In this document: positions 1 through 11,033 of the stretch, piece after piece
Position numbering within the stretch: position 1 is the first letter of the stretch
How the letters are laid out: every line of letters starts with the position of its first letter
Assembly: GCF_000143415.4 (NCBI RefSeq)
Contig: NW_003314336.1
Coordinates: forward strand, 547,296-611,295
Source: Selaginella moellendorffii
Lineage: Eukaryota; Plantae; Lycopodiophyta
DNA: 64,000 bases
Reading direction: 5' to 3'
The notes under the pieces: generated by a model
What the model was told of the DNA's origin: nothing
What the model saw: only the letters and a program-made list of their open reading frames with translations
Database searches by the model: none
Program-made: the position numbers and the translations under genes

Positions 1-56
1 GGCCCGTCTACAAAAGAACCCTAATAGCCTTCCATTATTCCGAGAGGAGGGGATGA

Positions 57-231
57 TGTGAGGGTTAAGTGTACGGCTACGATGCCGTATACTAATATTA
101 GCGTAGTGGGATTTTGGTAGCTGTTGGATTAGTTTCAATTCGGACCATTTGCTCCTATATATAAACTAGGGTTTTTGGGCTAATTGATATGCACATTTCT
201 GTATTCCTTTTCCATATTCCATGCACTCACA
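57..231 (+). mobile_element. 3' LTR (175 bp) of a Ty3/Gypsy element, same family as the element ending at 63610
   Basis: Polypurine tract GAGAGGAGGGGATGA just upstream; TGTGAG...CTCACA inverted termini; positions 1-231 align with 63380-63610. Confidence 0.85.
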
Positions 232-234
232 CTA

Positions 235-237
<3 letters not shown>

Positions 238-291
<54 letters not shown>
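238..291. repeat. (TA)n microsatellite
   Basis: About 26 uninterrupted TA units. Confidence 0.97.
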
Positions 292-294
<3 letters not shown>

Positions 295-299
295 CAATA

Positions 300-950
300 A
301 TATTAAAATTTTAGATAATTTATAGTTCTTCTAGTAAAAGTTATAATTAATTAGATCTTCTAAAGGTTTAGAGCATAACTTCTGTCCATATTGTCATTAA
401 GAGGTATACTCCTCACCATAATTATCATGATTAAGAAGTATATAAGTTTTTTAATTGAGCTTTTATCATACCAAGTTATTTATAATATACCAAACTAAGT
501 TTTCTATACTGATAAACCTTTAAAATAAAAGAAACTCATATACATATGATTTTTTCTTTATATACTTAGTTTTTGTATATAATATTTGTTCTTCATTAAG
601 TGTTGAAGTTATTGATGCAATAGCTCAATATCAAGCAATCTTTTCCATCAACTCATCATCATGAGATAAACGGCTTGGTAGAGCACTTTAATAAAATGTT
701 CAAAGGAATGATTGAAGTATATAGATCCACAATAGATGGTTGCCATATCTACAATTTACTTATATATCAGTTCCATACAAATCTATTAGCATATTTCCAT
801 TTGATATGTTATTTAGGTGGGAGCCTATTTATGTTCTAGTATGGGTTTGATGCCAATCACTCCATGCTATCTCGAGTGGAGAGCGAGAGCATAGTTGGAG
901 TATTTGGATTGTATTCTACTAATATTATATGCATAATGTTTAAAATCTTT
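300..950 (+). mobile_element. Highly degraded Gypsy integrase remnant
   Basis: Around 645-710 translates to STHHHEINGLVEHFNKMFKGMI, resembling the YHPQTxGLVERFNxT integrase motif; no open frame. Confidence 0.45.
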
Positions 951-2650
951 TGCAAGAGCAGAAAAGTACTGAAGGCATTTTTATGATGTATGGCATAACT
1001 TCAATACAATATCTAGTGTTAATAAAGTTTCTTAATCTTGGGGATCAGTGTCATGTAGCTAATTTAACTTCTGTAGTTTGTGAAACTCAAACAATTAAAT
1101 TGTGAATCCAAAGGCTTTGTGATATGTTTAAGAATTAACAATGGGATTCACAATATGTAGCACATATTTCTTGGATTCAACCTGATGATAGTTAAGGGGG
1201 GAGTAATATGAGGTCTCTATGTATAGAATATGTATATACCATATATTTTAGAAGGATAATATTCTAGACTAACTAGCTTCATTGTCCAATATTTTGATAT
1301 ATGTTGTACATAAGTTTTAACTACAAAGCTTCTGAAAGGGTGACCTACATTACAGACAACACAAAGATGGGAGATAATTAAAATATATTTCCCATGCTTA
1401 ACATAATAGGCTCCCACTTATGGGTGAGTCATCTCTCATTGAAATTCTTCTATAAGAGAGTCATCATCTGATGATTGCTTCAAGGATCTCAACTGTAATT
1501 CATTCTTGGGCCTCCAAACCAAGAGCTTTGATGTTGTGATGTGCACTATAAGCAAGTATAGAAGAAATTCTTAGGATTTTTCACCCAAGAGTGTATTGTG
1601 AGCTTCAATTGTTCTATGACAAGGCAATTTCAATATAGAGGGATTAAGCTCCACTACTCTAGATTCTTGTAGCCAAAGATGATTCTTGGAATGGTTAATT
1701 ACTAGAGTGATGGGGAAGGTCCTTTTGGAATATATTGCCACACATGAGTTCTCGAATGAATATATAGTGACAAACTTGGAAAATGTATAGAACTTATTGA
1801 CCTTAGTGTGATTGTGATCAGTAAGAACTTACATCTGGCTGGCTCAATTTAGATTTTGTGCCTATGTAGAGAGAGCAATCATGAAGCCAAATGCCATTTT
1901 CCCTTAGCTAAAAACTTAAACACAGATTGTATTAGTACCTTTGATTACAAATGAATTAAAGAAAAGTTTAAGAGCAGTAAATGATTAATTAACTTACATT
2001 AATTATTGTTCTAGGAGGTCCTTAACACATGCCTTTTTCTCTTCACACCAGGACGGAATGCTGAGAAAACCCCATCTCACAACAGTGTCTGGTTCCAAAT
2101 TTTTTTCTTGACCATAGATGACAAAGAGTTCTCGGTACTGTTTATCAAAATCCACAATATATAAAGAGCTATAGGCAAGTGTCCCCTGTGCAGTAGCAGC
2201 ATTAGCTGTATGCATTGCTGTGTCTAGGGCCTTTGTGCTGGGATGCCTGTTGAGCCACCGAAGCATCACTTTGTGATCCCATAGTGCTAGAATGATCTCG
2301 CTAATGCCTCACACTAGATCCTTGTGTGATCGTTATATACATACACTTTATTGATGATGAATATTTCTAAACTGGTGATCCTATTAAGTTAATCCAAAAT
2401 TTAAAATTATTAAATAATTCACTTTACAATTGTTACAATTGTTACAATTGAAAAATTATTACTAAATAGTTTGAAATTTAAAAGTATAGAAGGATAATAT
2501 TCTCCTAGATCTTGTACATAATGGTGTTCCCTAGGCAGGCTAGAATGATGCCTTGCAGTAGATCCTCACTAGCTCCCGTGATGGTGTCAAAACAAAAACA
2601 TGAATGACCAGGCAAGTTGGCCTTGAAGTCTACGACCAAGTTCCAAGATT

Positions 2651-4347
2651 TTACTTGATAGCTTGGTTTCTCTGGTTGGCATGGTGAGGACAATAATATG
2701 CTTCATCTGGAACCAGAGCTTTGTTTTTGCAGCGATCCCCTTTCAATTTTGTTCCACAACAAGTCTTGAGTTCACCCTTCACCACTGTTGCCGGCTCTTC
2801 CAAGAGGAGATCGTCGAAGACTGCAAGGCAATCGTGCACATCACCGAGTTTTCTGAAACGCGGATCTGAATGGGGCACATCAGTCAGCTGGACGGACTGG
2901 GGCATGATATAGTAGAACTCTTCCTTTACCGTCCACCGCTTTTTGGTTCCAGCCTTCCATTTCGGCAGATCTACTCCCTTCCAGACTTTATGGGACTCCT
3001 TCTTGGCCTTTGCCTTCCACTGAGCGACGGTGATCTGCATTGCTACAAACCGAAGCTCCTTTCCAACCAGTATGACGTAGATCACGTCCACAGCTTGCTC
3101 GTTGAAAGCCAGTGGACCCAATAGAACGCCTTGTGTAAGCTCCTTGGTTCCCAGCTTGTTAAGAGCAGTTGTCTCTGAGCCGTGTGCGTATGTCCTGAAC
3201 TGCTTGAATACATATCCAAGACACTCTTCTGATACCTCATCACAGCTATCACCAAGGCTTCGACGTTCCATCCGATTCGGGCAGGATTTCGCTTCACCTC
3301 GTCTTCATCAGGCTCCTGGCAGTCGACAGTTATAGCCTGAGCCCAAGTCTCAATGTCACTCAACAGCAACGAGCTTTGCAGGTTCTCATGTTGGTCCATA
3401 ATGTACAGCTCCGCCTGACCGCGTTCCCAGCTCGTGACTGAGTTCTCCCCAGATGACCAGTTCCAGGGCGGCACGAAGCTGCTTCTGCGTCTTGAGCAAG
3501 CCAATAAATCTCTTGGACAGCTTAGACGTATACGTGCCTCTGATCTTTCCTCCAAAGACTCCCTCATTCCCCTTAGATTCCTCATAAAACTCGAGAAGAA
3601 GTGGAATGCCCCCGGTTAAACGATCTGCATGCTGCAGCTCTTCTACCGTTAGTCTCGACTGTGCCATCCACGTTTCCATCTCGCGGCTGGTGTATGGACC
3701 ATCGAAGAATTCAGTCTGTATGTGATCGTCAGCCTTGTCACTTTCCGACCATATCTGCCTTTCCCTGCTATTAACCGATGACACATTTAGGAGCTTGTGG
3801 GTGAAAGCCGCAGAGGCCAAGTCCGCAGAAGAGACGTTCTTTACCTCGAACTGATCCCAGTCGTCCACTACGAACAACAAGGCCCCCCGTTTCTGCTGGC
3901 GACACCACGACTTAAGTTCATCGATCGAAGTCATTGAGGAGAGTGATGCCACGATCAAGGCTTCCCTGAGGACCAAAACAGGTTCCGCAATGTAGCGCAG
4001 CACGGAGATATAAACTACACTCATCATCTGAGAGCCAATGAGGTAGCCAGAGATGGTGGATATCACTGTGCTCTTCCCAGTACCTTTGGCACCTAAAACC
4101 TGCATATGTTGCCTAGCTCTCATGCTCGTCATCGCACCATACAGCCTCTCTGCACCCTCCCTCCCTACGTACTTGTATTGGGCTCTAAGGTTCGTGTCGA
4201 AATTCGTCGTAGGGCGGATACTCCAGATGGATCCCACAGGAAGCTTGGGTCTCGCCCAGAATACAAACCCGCAAGAGCATCACGGAGAGGCGTAGGGCCT
4301 AAATCATCCTCAAGCGCCTCCGCGCGGCGCTTCAGCGGCAGCGACAT
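2651..4347 (-). pseudogene. Crinkler-like P-loop NTPase + restriction-endonuclease-fold protein with C-terminal CCCH-type zinc-binding motif, frameshifted
   Basis: Joined from ORFs 4165-4422, 3386-4237, 3082-3585 and 2651-3271: YVGRE, Walker A GAKGTGKS, Walker B LLFVVDD, TGGIPLLL, NPARIGWNVE, REase-like PLAFNEQAVD...QITVA, and C...RC...YC.HH; about three frame changes; ATG at 4347. Confidence 0.6.
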
Positions 4348-4429
4348 TGTCGCCAGAGGAGAGCTGCCGCCGCGAACGAAGAATCTCTCCGCGAACCCTA
4401 CCTCACAAGCAGTGGCAACCATCTTTGGC

Positions 4430-4679
4430 TAGTGAGATCGTCAACCTCAAGAACTTTGAGCTGCTGCCTTTTGGATCTGGTCGAAGGATCTGTTCCGGAT
4501 TGTCTCTTGGCGTAGCCCCATGGTTTCGTACACTTGCTCGTCTCGTCCATGGGTTCGAGTGGAAGGTCAGTGGCAAGGAGCTGAGCATGGACGAGATCTC
4601 GGAAGGAGTGGCGGTTAGACGAAAGGTTCCACTTGAAGTTTTTGCAACACCAAGGCTTGCAAGCCATGCCTACCTGTAA
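4430..4679 (+). pseudogene. Cytochrome P450 (CYP71 clan) C-terminal fragment
   Basis: NFELLPFGSGRRICSG heme-binding motif, LVHGFEW and terminal PRL; no 5' part of a P450 upstream. Confidence 0.85.
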
Positions 4680-4723
4680 TGAAGTTATCTTAGAAACTAG
4701 CAAGCTGAATGGACGGACATACC

Positions 4724-7633
4724 TCATTCTCTAATCTTCAGAAACATCCTCTTGAGCAGCCTGGCTTCTCTGGAGACCGTGTTGGAGTTCTGGCCCTCGC
4801 CGGGACTCTCCACGGATGTGTAGACAGTCTTGCCTTGGCTGTCCGCAGCATCAAGAAAGTCGTCTATGTCGGCGTATGTCGCATCCTTCAACTGCATCAC
4901 GCAAGCTTGAGATTAGATTTCATGAATCCGTGCCTCGTCTTTTGTTGCTTACCACGATCATCTGTTTCGCAAGGCTATCAACCAATGCAAGAAAGCAACG
5001 CTTTGCATAAAACCACGTGTCTGCTTCCAGCTTTTTCCCATAAGGCTCCAGACTTCTGATGATACGGCTAATACCGAACTCGAAGTTTTGTTTTGCGCAG
5101 TAGAGGGTACCGATCACAAGGTTTACAATGCATAAATGCAATTCCTGCTTGTCTGGATTCTAGAAAAGGAACACAGAATTAAAACCACTAGTAGCCCCTT
5201 AAGTTATATATAAATGGCAAACCTCGTAGTGCGCTCTCTCTTCCTCTTTTTCAATCTTTCGCATCAAATCTTCGGCCTCTTCATTCTGCTAAAGACCAAT
5301 ATATTACAATTTCGTCGTACTATTTGTTTAAAGTACCTGGCTGGTCATAATGTATGAAACGCAGAGATTCGCGAGCACAATTGCTGTGACACTGAGAATG
5401 TCATCTCCCGCTTTCTTTACAATTGGTTCATAGTAATGGATTGCTTCTTTGTAGCGATTATCCTGTTAGATGCACAATAAGCATAGATAGCAAATACGAT
5501 TAGCTCACCTGCATAAAGAAAGTGTGAGCGACATTCAGTCGCCAAACAGGATGATCCGAACACAAGTCTGCTGACTGGTGGAAAATACGCTCTACTTGCA
5601 CGTAATTTTCTTTGTCCCAGAAAAGCTTTGCAATTGCCATGATGATAGGTATATAATACTATAGAAGAGCCGATGCTCGAAAAGCAAAAGACAAAACATT
5701 ACGAACATCTTACCTCAAGACAGTCTTCATACTCTGCCAAAGCCTTCTTGTGGCCCTCCTGATCGCGAGAAAGACAAGAATCCTGGATTTGTTTGGTGAG
5801 CCTGCGCATGGTTTCACTATAACGATTTGCCAGCTCATTCATCTTTTGATATGCATCCTGTCCAATAGTCAAGCTTAGCTCAACAACATCACAACTAACA
5901 ATAATTGAACAACCTCCGGTGACGTCTTTGTCAAAATGATGCAGTTAATAAAGTCGTAGAGGTCCTGCATAATATTAGATGTAAAAAGACTAATGCTTGT
6001 GAAGTTTATGTGCTTCAAGCGTACCTGAGATAGATACTTGAAGATAACTTCCGCATGCTCTGCCATTACATCAGCAGCAAGGTCGTAGAATCCATGGGAA
6101 GGTTTACAATACAGCAGAAGTAGATTAGCCAATGTCTCTGAAGGAAATGGAGGATTCTATAGCGAGTGGTCAGAATAATCATAAAAGAATAAAAATATCT
6201 ACCTGCAACAAAAAATTAAGTTTACGGAAGCCTGCAGTAGGATCAACTTCCATATTCATCAGGGCTTGATTGTGAAGCGTGACCTGAGGAAAGAAAAAAC
6301 AAAAATAAACAACTTAGCGAAAGTATCAGAATGTACCGAGTCTAACTCTTCTTCTGCACGTGGTGGCATGTCAGTGAGGTTTTCCTTTGCGGCCTCCAAA
6401 TTTCCATTAGCGTAGTCAATGGCAGCCTAAACAAAGAACCGAATCAAGTGAGTCAAAAAGAATTTTGATCGGACCTTCAAGTTGAAAGCTTCGACTAATG
6501 CAGATTCTTTGAGCGCTGGGCTGTTTCCAACGCTACATAGCTCAATGCCCTCTACGTGGCTTTACAAACAGAAAATGTATAGTCTAGAATATATGCAAAA
6601 GCAACTAATGTGGTGACAAAGAGCATACCTACCAATGCTGAGTTCGGGATATTGTCGCACTCCATGTTCAATAATTTCTGCAAGAACACTAAGAGCTGCA
6701 AACTAACGTAAAGAAAATTCGTTCATTGATTGTCGAAGAATAACATTACCTGGACCGTAATGCTTTAGACGGTAGAGACAAACAGCTCTGTTGTAGGCCA
6801 GCTCGGGCTGAAATCTCTCACTAAGTTATCAGAGAGAACTTAGGAAAGGTGCTTGCCTGAAAACCAAATGCGTTTATTGCATCAGTAAACTTGGAATACG
6901 CTTCTTGATAGCTTCCTTCCTGAAGTCAAGAGAATGTTACAAAGTATGCCTTGAATGCCTCAAAGTATACCTTGTAAAGGCAGCATCCGAGATTAACAGC
7001 AGCGTCCATATCATCGCGAGATTGTTCCTCCAGTATCATTCGACTACCTGAAAAGTAAAAGGATGCAGGGGGATAAAAAAAAATAAAGAAAGAAGTACCA
7101 GCAATATCTCCCTCCTCGTATCGAATGCAAGCCTGCAATCCCAAAACTCTACGCTGCATTCCTTCCAGCGAGAGGCACACTTTTCCAGCTTCACAAAGCA
7201 TCCCGGCCTAGAAGAAAAATTACGCTTTTCTCGCTAGAAAAAGAAATAAAAACTTTAAATACCTTGTAGAGCGATTGAGCGTGATACAAGCGATAGTTCT
7301 CTTGGTTGGGGCAAATTTTCGTCAGCTTCTGGTACCTGCATGACAAAATGCACACGATCAGAGCCAAGAATCACGCAATGCGGACGCAGCAACGCCTACA
7401 TTGAGGACGCAGCGTGGAAATCCCCAAGAACATAGTGACAATACCCCAGCAGCGACAGCGCGGCTTGATTCTCCGGGAACAGCCACAGCTGCTCCTCAAG
7501 AAATCTGCATCAAATCGAAGCTCGTGATCACAAAATCCACGAAATCTCCAGGCGCCACTCACTTGATCGCATCGGCGTGCTTGGAATCCCGGATGAGCCC
7601 ATAGACGGTAGCAGTGACTTGACCCCACGCCAT
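4724..7633 (-). CDS. TTC30: Intraflagellar transport protein IFT70 / TTC30 (TPR protein), multi-exon
   Basis: Exon peptides MAWGQVTATVYGLIRD, LQACIRYEEGD, MPPRAEEELD, NLLLLYCK..FYDLAADVMAE, HLCIVNLVIGTLYCAKQNFEFGISRIIRSLEPY.KKL..DTWFYAKRCFL; ends EARLLKRMFLKIRE-stop; many GT-AG introns of ~50-60 bp. Confidence 0.93.
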
Positions 7634-8087
7634 TAAACCTAACCAAGCCAGCCTAGGGCTGGGCGGGAAAACCAAAATTTAAAATATGAAACTCCCCCGC
7701 CAAACTTTCATGGCGGAGGGAAAGACTCTTTTCTTTCTGGCGAGGCGAAACGCCTACCATGTACACAAAGAAAACGAGGAAGACGCTCACTCGTTTCTTC
7801 TTCTCTAGAAAATCGCTACTGCTCAAATTCGCAGCAACCAAACTAGGATCTGGCAAGCGGCCTCCGCTCCAGCGAACGCAGCTCTCAAATTCTTCTTTTT
7901 TCTCTTGCAGGGCCTTTCTTCCCCGAGAAGGCCGAGCAATATCTCCCCCCTGCCTTGCCTTCCACTAGGCAAAACAGAGCAAATGCACGAAAGTCCAGAA
8001 GAAAAAAGGACGAAAGAAAAAAAAAACCAACTAAAACGGAACCTGTGTGTGACCGCTGTGCTGATCTCAAAACCGTGGATGGATTTC

Positions 8088-10758
8088 TTATGTCGAGAGG
8101 ATCCTGTTGATGGTCGCCATAGCCCAGGCTGCAGTCTCCTTTAGTGGCGCATCGTCCATCATTTGTACCATGTCCAGGAAATCCTTGTAGAATGTGATTT
8201 GGCGAAACATCCCCGCTGCTGGAGTGCCCAGTGTATCGGCTAAGTCACCCAGAACACCAACAGCAGCTTTGCTCACCACCTCGTCTCTGTGACACAACAA
8301 AAACAAGCATGAGTTTCAAAGACGAAAAGAGAAAGCAAAGTTACCTGTCCTCGTCCCGATAAATCGTCTCGATGAACTGCAAGACGTGCGTTCCAGACTG
8401 CAGCATCAGATCGGGCTTTGTCGCCTTGAAGCCCTGTAGAATCCCAGAGTAGGCCTCCAAAATTCCTGTACGCAACTGGTTGTTGTAATCGATCATCTCG
8501 GGGTCTTGAAGAGCCTGCTGAGCAGTGACTTCCGCAGCGCCTTGGAGCATCGGCAACGCATACATGAGGTACTTCTCGAAGTGCTCTCCAATCGCGAGAG
8601 CAATGTCACCAAAGCACGAGAAGATTGGCGGCTTCACGGAGCGGTGGAGCTGGTTGCTGGAGAGATCTTTCAGGAGCTGTGTCATGATCCCGTCGCAGTA
8701 TGGTAGAACCTTCTCTTCCAAAGCTCGGCAGATATCTCCAACCACTCCAACAGTGATAGCACACACTTGATACTCCTCATAGTTCTGTAATCCCATCTCC
8801 AAGTATCGATAGAACTCGGACATGTACTTCTCGAACTGGCTTCCGGTAGCATAAGCAACGGCCCCGATTGCCAGCATAGCTTCTTCGTGGACTGTGGCAC
8901 TGCGGCACGCGAACACCTTCAAAAACAGGCCCATAATCTGGTCGGCAAACTGAATCACCGTGACTTTCGTCGACTCCGCTGCGCTCAGCTTCTGGATGAT
9001 GACTTGCAGGACTCCGCAGAGGAGTGCTTGAACCTCGCCTTGCTTTTCCCGATCATCCGACGACACCACTTGCATCTGAAACGTGCTGTCGAGTTTTTGC
9101 ATGATGATCGGCATCAGCTGCATTACGATGGTGGCAGTTTCTTCTGTGGAGCACCTCACCACCTCGTTGAGAGTTTCGTAAGCTGAGAACCGGAGACGGG
9201 AGTCACTGGCATCTTCCCTGTCGGCTGTGTGGATGAGACCCTCTACAATCTGCTGGTAGAATGGAGACAGTGGTGAGGGTTGGCCCCGCATTTCTTCGTA
9301 GCCTTGTGCCAAGAAGTAGAGCGCGCCACAAGTTCTCTCTGCAACGTTCGGAGTATCCTTGAGGCTCTCCAAAAGGCAGGAGAGTATGTGAGGCAGAGAC
9401 TCCGTAGTGATGACCGACTTATCCACGCCCGGCCCGTGGAGAAACTCAAAAATGCGTCCGAGAGTCCAGGCCGTAGTGTCCTTGACGCTGCTGTTCTCGT
9501 CCTTCAGAGCGTTGAGCAGGAACCCGAGGGCCGCATTCACCAGTGGGGCAAGCTTTTCCAGGGAAGGACCCTCGAGAATGGAGCCAAAGGCATAAGTAGC
9601 AGCTTCTCTACACCTCCAGTCGGGTTTGACAATGTTGTCCTGGATAAAAGGCATCACCAGCGGGACGATGTCGTCTTCCACCGTCCTGGCTACCAGACCC
9701 AGGCAAGTCCCTCCAGCCATGGATAGATTCCAAACGTCCTCGTCCACGTCCTGGTCCTCCTCTTGCTTGGTCATCGTTTCCAGCAGCAGCGGCACCAGGT
9801 ACGTAAGAGCCTTCTTGATAAACTGGAAGTAAGGGACCTCCGAGTCTCCGCTATATCCCGAGGTAATCTCCTCCTGTATCTCAATCTCCTCGTCACATAT
9901 CGCGCTCCAAAACTCGATCGCTTGCAATGCTACTGGCTCCTTGTCCTCCTTGACAGCCTTGGAAGTCACCGTGAAGATGTTCTGCATGTAAGGCTGGAGC
10001 TTCTCGTAGTACGTCGACGCGATGGAAACCAGGCACTCGAACGCTGCCTGCCTCACTCTCTCGTCCGGGGACACGGCCGCCTCGAACACCATCCTCATGA
10101 TATAGTCCCTCTCCACGTCGTTCTCAAAGTTGGTCTGGGCGAAGTCGAGCGCGTTGCATAGAGCCCGGGTGGCCGAGAGACGGACCTCGGTGTTGGGCTC
10201 GTTGTTGTTCATCCCCTGGACGACGGCCGTGAGGATGGAATTCACTTGTTCTTGAGCAAGAACGTTTGCCGAGACCTCCTCACACACGTATCCCAGCGCC
10301 TCTAGCGTCACCTTCTTGAGCTCGGCAGACCCACTTCGCATGTTGCTGAGCAGCAATCCAATCAGCTCCGGCCACTGCTGCTGAGGGATCTCGATCGCAG
10401 CCACCTTGGCAATCACCTGGGCAGCGGTGTGGCTCGCATCCAGCACTGGCGCCGCGAGCGATTCCATCAGGCTCGCCTTGATCTGTGCCTTGGCGGCGGC
10501 GTCGAGAGCCAGCCACTTTTGGGCCAGCTCGTGCTTTCTCTGCGCATCCTTGGCATCGAGCGAGTTCTTGAGGATCAGGCCCGCTAGCCGGCGGCTCTCT
10601 GCCGGCTTGGCGCTGTTGGCGAGCTCGATCGAGAGGGAGACGAGGAACAGCGGCAGATTTTGCTCCTCAAACTGCTTGAGATTGTCCTCGGCGAACTTGC
10701 GCACATCCTTATCGGCGGACTGCGCATTGAGAAGAATCGGCGTGACCTCCAGCGCCAT
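8088..10758 (-). CDS. KPNB1: Importin subunit beta-1 (karyopherin beta 1)
   Basis: MALEVTPILLNAQS start, AGLILKNSL, ALQAIEFWS, WNLSMAGGTCLGLVA, DWRCREAATYAFGSILEGP, HRSVKPPIFSCFGDIALAIG; one coding intron 8287-8344; probable 5'-UTR intron upstream of the ATG. Confidence 0.97.
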
Positions 10759-10919
10759 TCCTGTGGAGGGAAAACACGAAAATACGGTCGATCGCCGCGA
10801 CATTGCTAGACGATGGCGCTGCTTACCTCGATTCGATGACAGACGCGGCGCCGGCCGACGGCGAACGAGCTGGAGTGCTCCGACCTAAACCCCTAAACTG
10901 GGATTCTTTCCCCAAACTC

Positions 10920-10928
10920 AAACCCTAA
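10920..10928. promoter_or_regulatory. Telo-box AAACCCTAA in the short divergent KPNB1/PPR intergenic region
   Basis: Exact motif between the two divergent starts. Confidence 0.5.
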
Positions 10929-11033
10929 TGGCCGCTACTTCTTCCCTCGCTTTAGGGCTCGGCCGAGGATTAAACGGACTCTGTCAAATGGACCATACAT
11001 TCTGTTTAATACTATTATTATCATTACACTCCT

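Noticed and set aside
2003-2269. 88-aa minus-strand ORF
   Set aside because: No recognisable motif or clear start; could be a gene fragment but unsupported
4430-4679. P450 fragment as part of the RiPP cluster
   Set aside because: 35 kb away, only a C-terminal fragment, and separated by housekeeping genes
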